This document shows positions 26,923-40,176 of a stretch of 64,000 nt of DNA, piece after piece. This stretch comes from Adineta vaga (lineage: Eukaryota > Animalia > Rotifera): assembly GCA_021613535.1 (NCBI GenBank), contig CP075493.1:2356001-2420000 (forward strand). The letters run 5' to 3'. The notes beneath the pieces were generated by a model. It made no database searches, was not told the origin of the DNA, and worked only from the letters and a program-made list of their open reading frames with translations. Within the stretch, counting starts at the first letter, position 1. The number at the start of each line of letters is the position of its first letter. Position numbers and translations under genes: made by a program.

Positions 26923-27922
26923 ATGAGTAGGTTGCACGCCTCACGTATTTTAAACTATGGTCTTTTTCCTTATCTATCTTTCAGTGCAGTGTATTTTACC
27001 ACAGAGTCAAACAACACCAGAAAAAACTTTATCTAATCCTTGGTTTGGTAAAGGCTTCTGTGAACCCGATCAATATAAAGCAGCAATTGATCGTTGCGAT
27101 GGTGGCTATCGATCATGTGAATTAGGTATTGAAATCTATCGAGATCTTACAAAGATCTTAGATAATTGTTCAGCAGCTCTACGTCAATGGGCAGAAACTA
27201 GTGAAAAACAAATAGGTCAATCAAAAGAGTTCGGTACGACTAAGAAGACATGGATACATACAGTTCGAGCAGTTCAAAAACTAGCTGAACGAAACGTTGA
27301 TGTCAGTCAAAATGTTCAAAAAACCGTTATCGATAAAATGGTCTCGTACAAGAATGAAAATTATGGAAAATCTTACATTCATGTCAAAAAGATCAGAGAA
27401 TTCGAAAAAGAATTCAAAAAAACTCAAAAATCTTGGCTAGAATTGATCGATAGAATTAATGAAGCTAAACAAAAATTTCATGCTAGTAAACTTAAATTAC
27501 AAAGTGAATTAGGTTCTGAAAGAGTGACCGCATCTGATGTTGGTTCATCAGAGGAACAAATACGAAATGCCAAATTACGAGTTGAAACGCGTCAAAAAGA
27601 AACCGAAAAATATCGAACAAAATATCAAAATCTTATTGAAGAAATGGAGAAAACGAAGCCAAGTTATCAACAACAAATGTTTAAAATTCTCGAAAATATG
27701 GATGATTTCGAACGTAAACGCCTACGTCATTTCAATGAGATGTTCAATTCTCTTCAAATTGCAACAGCAATTGATAAAGATAAAAAGCATGGCGAAATGG
27801 CTATTGCATTTAAAGCCGCAATTGATGATCATGATATTGAAGCTGATATTGGTTTTTTCAATAAGAACTATGGCAAAGAGACAAAAACAACTTGGCCTAA
27901 GTTCGAAGATCTTAAAGATTAA
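26923..27922 (+). CDS. PACSIN/syndapin-like F-BAR-only protein
   Basis: FCEPDQYKAAIDRCDGGYRSC (PACSIN FWExGNYKRTVKRIDDGxRLC), EFGTTKKTW, EFKKTQKSW, FERKRLRHF and WPKFED, then a stop. Probable start ATG 26923 with a 58-nt intron at 26927-26984. Confidence 0.8.
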
Positions 27923-29328
27923 TATGAACAGACTATGTATATATTCGAGAGAGAAAGGTACTGAGAAAAATTTCAACAAAAAAACGAGGAACAGATTAGA
28001 ATATTTTTCTTCGATTTCCTCGATATATACTAGGCTTTGTTCAAACCAATTTTTATGTTTTTTTCTTTGTTTATGTAGAAAAATATGTTCATATTCTATC
28101 TTCTTTTACGATGAAATTTTAACTCAGAAAAAAAGTTGTATTTTTTTTATTGGTTTTATCTGTCCGATGGATTTGTATAATAAAAAATCTAAAGAAAGAA
28201 ACCTTGAAAGTTTTGCTTTCGCAACTGTAATCGTTTTACAACAATATTTACTGTCGACTTTCACTTGACGTTGAAATAAAATTTCTTTTCATCTATAATT
28301 GATTCTATCTTGGTAAGGAAGTAGGAATTTTATTGATGTGGGATTTATTCACCTTGGAAGTTTCATATGTTGACTTGAGTACTCAAAAAAATAATCAGTT
28401 TATTGGTCGGTTGGATTTTTCATCTTTTACGAAGAAATGTATTGAATCGACGAAAAAAGATTTAGCTAATAACTGGGTATTTTTCCAAGCAATCTTTCGA
28501 AAGAATGTTATCGATACAGAAAAAAAATGATCGTTTGGCTTCTCTTTTTTTTTTCTTTGCTTGAAACTTTTGTTCAATCGATTTACATGATAATCGTATC
28601 AACTCTTTGCATCAGATGTTCTATTCAATCTGTTACTTCAAGTGATCATTGTTGATTCTATGCATAAAGTTAAGACAATGAACGAATGCTAATCAATAGT
28701 GACGACAACAACTGTCCTGTCCTATTGTTTTATCAACACTATGGACATATAGATTGTGTATAGAAACTCATTACATAATTCAATTAATCTTGCTCTTCAC
28801 GTATATTTAGAATAGGAAGTCGAGTGGTTAAAAAGCTATTGTTACTGTCGATCAATACATCATTGTATTTGTATATACTTATTGTATGTTAACTGATGAT
28901 CGAACATTAAGAAAGTTTGATTTCGTATACTTATCATCATTCATGGATGATAGACGAAGTTATCCTTAACTTTTTTAATTTGTTCGCTTGAAAGTGTCAA
29001 ATATCGACGACAACATGGCGCAATTCTTCTCATTAATACTGTTATCTTTAAAAGATCAGCATGAGTTCCGTTTTTGTATTAACGTTTCATTCAAGAAATA
29101 TAAGGAAAAAACAACAATAGTAAATCAAATCTACCAATGTCTCTTGTATATATGTGTATATATTAAATGTGAAGAAAAAAAAATAGGCAAATTATTACGG
29201 GATTACGGGCAAGTAAACACACATACATTGACAGAGTTGAACTGTTCCTGACAAGAAGAGAAAGAAGATCAATAGAATAAAACGAATTTTGTTGAAATCT
29301 GTGAATTCGTCATGTTTTAAACGTATGT

Positions 29329-29756
29329 TTATTCTTCCTCTTCAGCTGGTGCAGCTGCTGCTGCTGCTGCTGCTGGAGCACTACCACCAGGTTGTCTACT
29401 AAATTTTGATTCTAATTGTTTACGATTTCGTTCATGAGGATGAAGTTTATCCTGATAACAATCTAATCAATAAAAACAAATTATATTCATTGAAAATATT
29501 TGTTTCAATCAAGAACTTACTTTTGCAATAGACATCTTGTGAGAAATCTTTGTATGAAGCCAAAGTTAAAATACCATTGCCTATGTGAATTAGAAAAAGA
29601 TAAATAAAATCATAAACAGACGAGAGATAACTTACATGTTTTACATTTAAAGCAACCTTTATGCCATGCAGCACTACATGCAAGAAGTTTTTCTGCTGGA
29701 TAAACAGTTTTTTGACAACGTGGACAAACTTCACCACCGCCTCCCCAATTTGGCAT
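29329..29756 (-). CDS. Single-LIM CSRP/muscle LIM protein/CRIP-like protein (3 exons)
   Basis: Spliced MPNWGGGGEVCPRCQKTVYPAEKLLACSAAWHKGCFKCKTCNGILTLASYKDFSQDVYCKNCY: CSRP-type MPNWGGG start and a complete LIM Cys/His pattern, followed by an Ala-rich tail. Confidence 0.85.
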
Positions 29757-30851
29757 TGTTCAAATAATTAAATTAAGTACGAAAGAAAAAAGAAGAAAAT
29801 AGAGAAATTAAATCTAAAATATAAATTATCAATAATATACTTGAGTATATTTGAAACCAATGAACCCTTTGATTATTGATCTATATACTCGAATCAATGC
29901 ACTTCAAAAACAAACAAAGCATTTTGTTTTTTCTCGATGTTAAACATCTTCGATAATACGTTGAGAAAAACTTGTTCTCGACCGTTAGCTTATGCATACA
30001 ACGACATCGTCATTTGTACAAGTAGAAAAAGAAGAAAATGCAGTAGCAACAAGATTATCTCCTATTGCTTTTGCTTGTACATATGCGAGGTTTAAGATCA
30101 GTAAGAGAGAAGACGAAGGAGACGAGGAGACGACGAGAGAAAGAGCAACAGAAGAAAAAGAAGAAAAATGGATATGTCTTCTACTAGTCAGCCTTTCTTG
30201 TATGACTGTTATTTGTCTTTGTCGTCTTCCGTATCTTGTACATCTAGAGAGAATCTTGCTATTTCTCTCTTACTCTTCTTTTCAGTTAATGGATAAACAA
30301 AAATGTTTGCTATGTGTGTATGTATGTGTGTGTGATGATCTATCTTTTTCGCTTTATATCTCATCAATAGTGCAAAGAATGGGGTGGAGTAAACACTAAG
30401 CGAACGATATGCTGTCAATTTATGACGCGATTCCTGTTTTTTTCCTAGGTTCTGTCTGTATTGCGTCAATAGAAACAGAACTGATGGTATATCTTTACAG
30501 TCCCAATAATCTAATGAGTTGTTTTCAAGCAACCATTTAATAGTTACTACTATGATGTGTTTGTTTTATCGTGAATTGACGAATACATCAAGAGAACTCC
30601 GACCATCATGTTATGATCGTTTCATAAGACAACAGGTGACAAGCAAACATTTCTTTGTTGTATTGTATTATACGGTCATTATAGATGTACGTTAATCTCT
30701 CGAAAAGATGTATTACACAATATAAAACAATAAGCTAAAACTAAATCTTTCTAGTCAAACTAAAATTATTGGTATCATTTATAAATGTACGTAAAAAATA
30801 TTGAGAAATAAAGAAAGAAAGCTTTCTATCAGTATTATTATCACAACGTAT

Positions 30852-30891
30852 AACAACAACAACAACAACAACAGCAGCAGCAGCAGCAGCA
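30852..30891. repeat. Compound (AAC)n(AGC)n microsatellite
   Basis: Seen directly in the intergenic sequence. Confidence 0.85.
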
Positions 30892-32458
30892 AATGGAAGA
30901 GTTCGCCTACGTATTAACACTTAGCATATTGACAAAGGTTTTCTTGCACGTTAGTCTACTATGATGAGAATATCCATCTCAGGAACTCTCTAATCAACTT
31001 TTCTCCGTCTCAAGCCATCAATCAAAAATCGAGAAAAGAAACTTCTGTGTATATATTGACGATGTTTTGAAAGAATCCTAGACGCGTATGTATGATGGAT
31101 TAGACAACAGCGAAATATTATCTCTCTTGTCCCAATTCGTACATTTACAAATACCGAATGAATCAGAATAATTTTCATATTGAAATTTTTTTCTGAACTT
31201 TTGGTTTCATTCGATTTCTAACATTTTATCAATTGATATATGTAAGAAACAAAATGTTACTTGTATATCTGCTCTTTTGGAAAAGTCCATGTCGTCAATG
31301 TTTGACGGATATGATGTTTAGAAAGAAACAATATAATCTACAATGTAATTAAGGTACCAAGGCTATCAATTGACAGATTTCGAAAGTACAAATTTTAATG
31401 TGTTCTTATTTTGTTTGCATGGATACATAATGTTGATATAAGAAAAATTGATCGAACGTATTTGTTTGTATCGATGAGAAGTAACTAAGTCTACATCAAA
31501 CATCACAAATCAGATGTCGAGAAATTTAGAGCACTTAGTACAAAACAGACGATAATGGATCTTATACTTGATAAGTAATGAATCGAATGGATGTATTAGA
31601 CAATTGATTACGTGCATTTCTTGTTGAAATATTATTAGAAAACAAATCGTCTATGACTTGAACAACTTTTTCATTATAATAATAGTTCATGATGACATAT
31701 TTTATAGAATAAATCGGTCATAATTTAGATCGTATAGTAATTTCATGTAAATATAATCCATTTAGTCAAAATAAACAAAATAGTTACGATTGTTGATCAA
31801 TGATCGTGTGAATGGTATTGAAATTTTATTTTCGATTTAGTTATTGCATAATATGATGAAATTAGAAATAAAAGGTTTTTATTTCTTCTATTATTTGATA
31901 TATTTTTCTCTGCATATTTTACTATTGATTGAATGTGTCAACTATATTATTTTCGTTGCTTAGATATTTATAAAAAAACTGATGTTTTATTATTGATGTC
32001 TTTGATCCCGTAAAAGAACAATTTAGTTATTGAATATTTGGCATGAAAGTAAGTGAGCAAGCATACGTTTGATTTCTATTTTTATTTGCTCCTTTTCAGT
32101 CAAAATGATTCCGAAGAGTTCGATCATTCTTTTTTTCTATCAACAATTTTTTCATGCCTTTTAATCATTGAAAAAGTACGATGTGAATAAAATGAAAAAT
32201 GTCGAAGAGAGAGAGAGAGAGAAGAAAAAAAAGCTGACGATTGTTGGCGTTTTTCTTTCTGTTGTCCCTTTAGCAAATGAATTAATTTTCATTCCGTTGT
32301 CGTTACAACAAAAACACATAGACAAAACTAGTAATATGATGAAGGCATGCAAGTGAAATTTGATGCTGAGCAATTGAAAGGAAAACAATCAAGAAACAAA
32401 CTCGTATAAATACTCATATACACCATATACATATCAGTATTACCAGTAATATCATAAC

Positions 32459-34003
32459 ATGGTCCATTACGGTAGACATATTATTGTTCCTGGCACTGAT
32501 TTATGTGAAATTTGTGATCGAGGCATTTTATATGAACGTAAAAAAGGCAAACGACAAGGAAAAAAATTTCTATATACAAATCAAGATGGAAAATTTACTT
32601 ATCGTCCTAGTAACGTGGTCAGACGATTACCTGAAGAAACAATACCAAGACAACGTCGAAAATCTTATCATGCTGAACCATTAACTGCTCGATCACGTCC
32701 AGTTGTTAGACAAGAGCCTATCGTTGTTCAAAAACGCGTTGTTCAACGAGCATATACACCACCCGATACTATTCAATTGTCATCTCGTGCGCCTCTTCCT
32801 CCTCCTCAAGGCGCAACACTTTATTATGTTGATGATCCTAATATTCAGAGTGCACGATCATTTCAAGTGGCAACACCACGACAACGTCGACAATCCTTTC
32901 ATGCTGAACCATCAACTGCTCGATCACGTCCAGTTGTTCAACGATCCTATACACCACCTAATACTATTCCACTTTCATCTCGTGCTCCTCCAGCTGCAAC
33001 ATTATATTATGTTGATGATCCTGTAATAGAAAACAAACCAAGATATGTTGAACCATTAACTACTCGATCGCGTCCTGCGGTCCGAGAAGAACCTCCAAAA
33101 CAGGTTGTTCGACGAGCATACACACCACCGGATGCTGTTCAACTTGCATCTCGTATGCCAACAGGTGCAACATTGTACTATGTCGATGATCCTATCATTG
33201 AAAACAAACGAAGATCTACACATGTTGAACCATTAACTGCTCGATCGCGTCCTGTTATTCAAGAGGAACCTCCAAAACAAGTTCTTCGACGAGCATATAC
33301 ACCACCTGGTCCAACGCTCTATTATATGGACGATTCTATGATTGAGAACAAACGGAAAACTGTTGAACCATTAACTACCCGGTCCCGTCCTATAGTTCAA
33401 GAAGAATCTCCAAAACAAGTTGTTCGACGATCATACACACCACCAGGTGTTCCATTATCATCACGTGCGCCTCCTCCAGGAGCAACACTCTATTATGTTG
33501 ATGAACCACGTCAGCAATTTACTGGTCAACCACAAAAAGCATCATCGCCACCACGACGACAAACCAATTCTGACTCGGAAACTCCTGGACGACCATATGT
33601 AATTGATTCTTATGATCCATCGAGAAAAGCTAATCTCTATTATCTTGATCAACCTCAAAAAACAAATGGTTATACAAGTCTCAGTTCTCCTCCATCTCAA
33701 CCTAAAGTTATTTATCAAGAAGAAAGTCCTCGAAAACAACGTCAACTTGAACCAGTGACTAAAAATCCTCATGACGATCCTGAATTAACAGTTGTTCGAC
33801 GTGTATACAAAAAACTACCAGCAGGTAGTTCCGCACCACCTGAAGAAGATTATATTCCAAATGGTAATCGTCCCGTACGAAAGATTGAAAAATTCTATCC
33901 AACACCAAAGCAATATAATTCTTCACTGCAATCAACACAAAGACAACTGAATAGTCCGTTTCCAAATACAAATCCATCTATTTATTATATTCAATCTACT
34001 TGA
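32459..34003 (+). CDS. Intronless Pro/Arg-rich tandem-repeat orphan protein (514 aa)
   Basis: Long clean ORF with TATAAATA at 32405-32412 and AATAAA just after the stop. Five repeats EPLTxRSRP..RRxYTPP..ATLYYVDD. Confidence 0.85.
   Translation: MVHYGRHIIVPGTDLCEICDRGILYERKKGKRQGKKFLYTNQDGKFTYRPSNVVRRLPEETIPRQRRKSYHAEPLTARSRPVVRQEPIVVQKRVVQRAYTPPDTIQLSSRAPLPPPQGATLYYVDDPNIQSARSFQVATPRQRRQSFHAEPSTARSRPVVQRSYTPPNTIPLSSRAPPAATLYYVDDPVIENKPRYVEPLTTRSRPAVREEPPKQVVRRAYTPPDAVQLASRMPTGATLYYVDDPIIENKRRSTHVEPLTARSRPVIQEEPPKQVLRRAYTPPGPTLYYMDDSMIENKRKTVEPLTTRSRPIVQEESPKQVVRRSYTPPGVPLSSRAPPPGATLYYVDEPRQQFTGQPQKASSPPRRQTNSDSETPGRPYVIDSYDPSRKANLYYLDQPQKTNGYTSLSSPPSQPKVIYQEESPRKQRQLEPVTKNPHDDPELTVVRRVYKKLPAGSSAPPEEDYIPNGNRPVRKIEKFYPTPKQYNSSLQSTQRQLNSPFPNTNPSIYYIQST
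32669..33510 (+). repeat. Five intragenic direct repeats (~140-230 nt units)
   Basis: Units begin at 32669, 32900, 33044, 33221 and 33359 (GAACCATTAACTxCTCGATCxCGTCC...). Confidence 0.9.
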
Positions 34004-35925
34004 TGCATATTAATAAAAAGGAACGAATTCTCTCTCTTTCTTCTTTTTCACAGTACATTTTTATTTACATCATTTGTCAATAGAAGGAAAATGTTTTCTT
34101 TGCATATACTTCTTTAATAAATGGTCTAATTGAGTTGATTTTCATCTTGGAACGAAATGAATGAAATTCTTTTCTGTAGGTTTCACTTTATTATTCTAAG
34201 AAATCGAATGTCTACTTTCGTTCGAAGACACAAAAGTATTATTGACAAACCTAATCATGAATTTAATCAATCAGATTTAATTAAGCACTGCATCAACCTA
34301 GAAAATGACTTTTCAAACATATTGTTGTTCATTCAATAACTTTTGTAATCAGTTGATAAAATTATGAATTTTCAACCAATCAAATTCAAATCAGATATTC
34401 ATAAGTGTAAAGATTTTATCCTTATTTCTTTTTACTTATTGATCAAGCAACAGATCGTAAAAATGTGATTAAGAAATGGTCGTTAGAATATTCTTAACAC
34501 CATTGCTTATTTGAACAGTTGAGTTGTAAAAAGGCAAAAGAAAGACAATATCGATCTGTCATTCGGATCACTAAACATATGTGAACATTCAACTTTATTG
34601 ACTTTCATACATTATTTACACATGGATTGATTTCTACAGATAATATTCAAATAGATTATTAATTAATTAAACAAAAGCAAAAAAAAATGTCATAGTTTTC
34701 TTTCTAGAGAAATTTTCTCTCAAGCAGAAAATGTCGATTGATTTGAATTAGTTTGTATTGTTTTATTCTTTGTAAAGACATTGAATTAGAACAACAGGAT
34801 GCTAAATGCATTCATTTACGATCTTTTGTATATGAAGAAAAAAGAACTTGATAAGTACAAGACTATTACATCATTCATTCTCTTCTAACATATGTCTCTG
34901 TTTTTTAATCCTATTCATAATGATTGTCGTGTGAGATAAAGATGTATAAAACCATACAAATTGCATCAATAAAATCTTCTTATCATATTTAGGAAATGAT
35001 GTAAGATGATACTCAAATGACAATAGAACGATTATATTTCAGATAGTAAAAAAATCATAATATAATTGAAAATTAAATAGATCTCTATGCTGACTGATAT
35101 CGTAATGATTGACAAATACTATAAATCGTTTTGATTAATTTGACTGCTATTATCATATCAATACGATATGAAAAAGAAAGAAGTAAAAAAAAGGTTTTTC
35201 TTTTCTTCGTTCCAACAATAATCAAATAATTTCGTCTAGACGTAAGTATTATGATAAAATTCTACATCATTGACACTACTGTAAATCAATTATGATATTT
35301 TGTTTTATTCAATTGAAAACCTTTCCTTTCTATTATTAAATATTATGACATGCACGTTATTCTTTCTTTCTTTCTTTTTCACATGTGATAATATTTGAAA
35401 AGAATTTTAATTTCTTTCTATTTACATAAAATATGTAAATTTTCTTTTTTAATATTTATGATGACAGTTTTCATCTTGTAATATAGCTACTGTTCATTGC
35501 TCGAAAGTAAAAAAGAAAACTGATAAAAATTAACATATACAATATACTTCTCGAATTCATGTTCAGTTTTTTACTTCGAGCGTTTCTTCGAGTCACACAC
35601 ATCTCACGTTTTCTTTGTATAGTCTATTATATAATCGGTATATATATATATAGAGAGAGAGAGAAAGAAATGAAGAAAAACTTAATATCACGGTAAATTA
35701 TTAGCTCAGTGAGCGATAGCGACAAAGAGAATATTACATCTTTTTTTATTGAATTTTAATAGTTATGCACACTCACATATATTTATCTAAATTTAGCACC
35801 GTATTGCATAGAGAAAAGAAGCACCATCATATATATATATATAAAGAGAGAGAGAGAGAGAGAAAAAGAAAATGAAGGTGATTTAAGTTTATGAACTTCT
35901 ATTGTCTATGGATATGGATATGTTA

Positions 35926-36581
35926 TTATTTGAAATAGAGTATATCGCGACGCATTTGAAACATAATTATAAGTATGATTAAACTTGGCACGAGTAAAAA
36001 TACAGCTGATATTATACCAATACGTTGTTTATTTGAATACATAGCATCTTCTAATGCGGTAATACAATTTGTTCCTGTACAATTATATGTTGTACGAATA
36101 CCTGGCCATACAGATACTGATGTTTGAGCAACATCATTAACGAGTGTAGGACGAAGTCGATCATAATAAGCAAAACCTGCAGCACAAGCACCTGATAAAA
36201 TAGCCATATAGAGCGAAATTAGAGCAAGAGAAATAATCAAATAACGCCAACGACGTCGTATGATGCCAAGTATACCAAATATGATTGGTATTGCTACTAT
36301 ACCACTACCGATTATGAGAAGAATATGAGCTAGAAAAAAAGAAATTTATAATAGATTTCTTTTATTTTTATTTTCAAGGTTCAATACGTACGTGCATAAA
36401 TGGAAAAATAAGCTTGCCGATTGAAAGCAGAATTGAGATCAAGAATAGTATTGTACAATGGTGGTTGAAGAAGAAATCCTATACCTAGACCGATGCCTAG
36501 TAAACCTTGTAGAGTAAGTAATATAAAAAGAATCAAAGCAATCAATTGGATCGAATCCAACGGTCCACACGGAAAATTCAT
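35926..36581 (-). CDS. Divergent tetraspanin-like four-TM protein (2 coding exons)
   Basis: Four hydrophobic helices with tetraspanin spacing (IFGILGIIRRRWRYL between TM2 and TM3). Short EC2 loop with only two Cys (YNCTGTNC) and no CCG. Confidence 0.65.
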
Positions 36582-37977
36582 TGTTACACGTGAAAGACCG
36601 CTGCTTATTGAAACATTAAACCATCATTAATCTGAAAAGGAAATCAATCAATTTCATTGTTCTTTTTCTTTTTTCTTTCAAAATTGAGCAAATATTTTAA
36701 TTAATCTGTTGCGTGACATGACACACGACTTACCTTGTTGACATAAACTATGTCTATGTACATATACATTGAACATATGTCAAGTATTTGAAATTCTCAG
36801 AATAGGAAAAAAGAGAAAGATAAAAACTTGATGAAGCTAATTGGATAATAAACTCTGTTGACAAGTTCCAACTGACTCTTCGTAATCAGACATTTCTACT
36901 TTCTTCTTCTCCTTCGACTTGTTCTCACTAACAACTCAAACACACAAATGCCATCGATGGCTCTTAACATTCGAAACTGAATGACGAGTGAGAAGAGAAA
37001 GAAGCAAATAGTAAGAAAAGAAAAAAAAATGACGCTGATAGTGAAACAGTAATTTGAATGTGTTGTATATTATAACGCGTTAGAACAGAGAAGAAGAAGA
37101 AGAAGAAAGAAAAAGAAAATTCATGTTTCATATGTTGCCTTCTCTTCTTTACTCACTCTCTCTCTCTCTCTCGATAGATTGATGATCAAAGTTTCAAGAC
37201 CCATGTAACATTTACCATCACAATAAAGTTTACAATTCAATTATATTCACTATCAATTAGTAAAATAATGATACAACACACAAAAAAAAGTGTCCATATC
37301 TTTTCAATGTCTAATGAAATATTCAAGGTTTTGAATTTGATACATTTGAAATCATAACCTTGCTTTCAAGGTGATTACGAATGCAAATATTATTGAAATG
37401 TTGTACAACAAAATTTTCAGTTGAATGTTACTTACAACTGAATAGACAAATTGAAAAACGAGAATATTTTTACATGTGATTGACACGTTGTAAGCATAGA
37501 TGTTTGAATATTTCATCATAATATTTGCATATACTTGCAATTTCATTTGCTTATTGAACATCTATGTAACCCATTTGGTTTCACTAACAATTCTACCTAA
37601 GGCTTAATCATGCTTATTCAAACGTATTCAGGTCAACTAGTGTTGTAACAAGCGTGAAATCAAGTTTATACAACATTATTTCCATAAAGTTTCTTTTTTT
37701 TCTTCTTTTCATATAAACAACTTATTTATTTATTTTTATTTTGAAATCTAAAGATAAAGTGACATAGATACTTGAATAACTGCTCTATTTATTTGCAAAC
37801 ATGAAAGTATTCTTCTTGGTTAAATTAATACCACGTGTCGTGCAAAATATTAAGATGATAACAATAGAAAACATCTTTTGCTTATCTATTTTTTATAAAT
37901 CGTGCATATCTTTCATAAAAGTAAGATTCATCTTGAAAGTGGAGACAGAGTTTGCTAACTTGTTATAAAACATAAAT

Positions 37978-38982
37978 ATGGTGAGATATTTTGTTTTTGT
38001 TTGCTTTTCAAAGCAATTTCTTTGATGAATTTAAGGCTAATGTTAATGTAACAGTACAATCAAATCAAAATTTAAAAGAAAATATAATTCGGATTTGTGC
38101 ATGTTTCACTGGTTGGTTAGTATTGTTCATCTTTATGGGATGGCTATCAAAAATAGTCGTACCTCAAGTTCGGTAAGTATATATTTTGAAAATAACATTG
38201 TTCTATGATTCGAATGATGATGTATATGTTTATTTTTTTAATAAATAGAACACTTAAACCAAAAGAACAAATGTTTTGGCAATTAGCATGGGTTCGTGCT
38301 GTATGTGGAACGTTAGTAGGATGGGGTAAAGATTTTTTATCATTGTGTTATACCTCTTTATTTATTTTTTTCTATTTGTGTAGCTATTTATTTAACTTTC
38401 GTTGATGAATGTCTTGACAGAGATCATGCTCTTGCAACTACTGATGGATCATGGACATTCATCTGTGTTCTTTTGGGTTTTTTTATCTTTGAAGAAGTTA
38501 CATTGATTTATTTTGATATAAGATATAAAACATTTTCCAAAGAATTACATTTACATCATGTATTTGCATTTAATGGCTTCTTTTTTGCTGCATGGTATAA
38601 TGCTGGTCATTTTTATGCAGCCAAAGCGTTTGTTCTTGAAGCTAGCACAATATTTTCATGTATTTGTTGGTGTTTATTAAAATTAAAACTTGAACAAACA
38701 AAAGTATGGAAAATTAATCAAATGATATTAATCCACGTGTTTCATTTACGTTCCGCTTATGAAATGTGGTGGTGGTACGATATTTATCGTGATTGGGCAA
38801 ATATTAAACAAAATCTTCCATTACCATATACGATTAATATGCTATTAGGTTTGTTAGCTGTTAGTCTTTGGTTGACACCTTATTGGACATACAAAAAGAC
38901 AGTACAATATTTTCATCCCGTAGATTTCAATATGGAACAGAAGAAAGGAAAAAAATCCAATGAAATTGACAAAACATCATAG
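37978..38982 (+). CDS. CLN8: CLN8-like TLC-domain ER membrane protein
   Basis: KEQMFWQLAWVRAVCG, GFFIFEE, HHVFAF, AGHFYA..LEASTIFSCICWCLLK, WKINQMILIHVFHLR and PYWTYKKT..PVDFN all align with human CLN8. ATG at 37978 followed by a GTGAG donor. Confidence 0.88.
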
Positions 38983-39114
38983 AAATTATGTTAGGAATTC
39001 TGAAAAGTTTTCATATGTACTTTTTTTATCAGCGGTGATTAAGATTCGATGAAATAAATAGAATAAATATTGATTGGAAAAGGAATAATATCGAGAAAAA
39101 TACTAAGTTTGTAT

Positions 39115-39915
39115 TTATCTTTTATCATCCATTTCCAAATTATAGTTGAGAAAAGAATCCTTCGTTACTTTAACTTTTATCAATGGTATCGGACGAATTA
39201 TATTTGGATTTTGACTGTAATCTTTCCATAATTGTTCCACAGATTTTCCCGTTAATTCTTTCCATGTTATATTCTGTTTATAGGTTACTTCTCGTAAACC
39301 CTGATCAAGTTTATCGATAATACTTGAATTATATCTATGTTCAAGCCAGATAAGAAATCGTGCAGTTACTTTATAACTATCATCATAATTTTGTGTATGA
39401 TTATATTCAATCATTGACCAGTTAGGATCAAGATTATTATTACCATATGTATAACGAACATAATCGGCAAGACCTTCACCTAACCATATGACATCAGCAA
39501 GATTTTGTGTAGTATATTGTTGAACTAAATGTGCTAATTCATGAAGAAATATATCGTAGTAACGTGAAAATGATCTTGGATTACGTAATCGATATGCATT
39601 GATGATCATTTTTGAATCGACTGCTCTACCCCAGAATGAACGTTCACTTTTTCCATCGATAAATACATAGATTGAACGTGGTGCATTTCGATTAAAACGA
39701 TTTACTAATTGAGGATAGATATCAAAATAGAGTTCAGATAATCGATGTTGAACAGCAGGATTCAATGTAAAAGGTGTACTTTTGACGGTTAAATTATAAC
39801 CATTTGAGGAATAAAAATTCGTATGAATGAATATTGTCTTATTTAAATCAGGAAATTCAAAACATTTTGCTGTTGAACATATTAAGAACAAAATGGCGAG
39901 TATTTTTACATTCAT
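39115..39915 (-). CDS. Basic secretory protein (BSP, PF04450-type) zincin peptidase-like protein, intronless; HGT candidate
   Basis: Signal peptide MNVKILAILFLICSTAKC, HELAHLVQ (HExxH), WLGEGLADYVRY, SYKVTARFLIWLE and W..LTGKSVEQLW.DY..NP. Confidence 0.85.
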   Translation of the reverse strand: MNVKILAILFLICSTAKCFEFPDLNKTIFIHTNFYSSNGYNLTVKSTPFTLNPAVQHRLSELYFDIYPQLVNRFNRNAPRSIYVFIDGKSERSFWGRAVDSKMIINAYRLRNPRSFSRYYDIFLHELAHLVQQYTTQNLADVIWLGEGLADYVRYTYGNNNLDPNWSMIEYNHTQNYDDSYKVTARFLIWLEHRYNSSIIDKLDQGLREVTYKQNITWKELTGKSVEQLWKDYSQNPNIIRPIPLIKVKVTKDSFLNYNLEMDDKR

Positions 39916-40176
39916 AATGTTCAATCTTAAATGAATCAAATGAACGGATTTGCGTACGTTTATCATTTGACCTCGCAATAACCTATCTATGTGTAAGAAT
40001 AGAAAAAGAATAAATTTCATCAATTATTCATTCGGATTATGAATCAACCAACGAGTATGAAAATGTAAATAAATATCAGTTTAACAGTTATTTCCCACAT
40101 CGTCCAGATAAAGACGTTATATATGAACTTTGTTTTTACATGTATTTTTTTGTAAAAAACAAACAAAATCGAAAGA

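Noticed and set aside
27537-28268. 243-aa overlapping ORF and other shadow or antisense ORFs (e.g. 7863-8228, 11477-11764, 14022-14390, 59936-60319, 60348-60746)
   Set aside because: Alternative-frame or antisense by-products of real exons in AT-biased codon usage; no motifs.
32669-33510. Repeat-spacer-like pattern resembling a CRISPR array
   Set aside because: The repeats are degenerate at codon third positions, lie within one ORF, and the context is eukaryotic with no cas genes.
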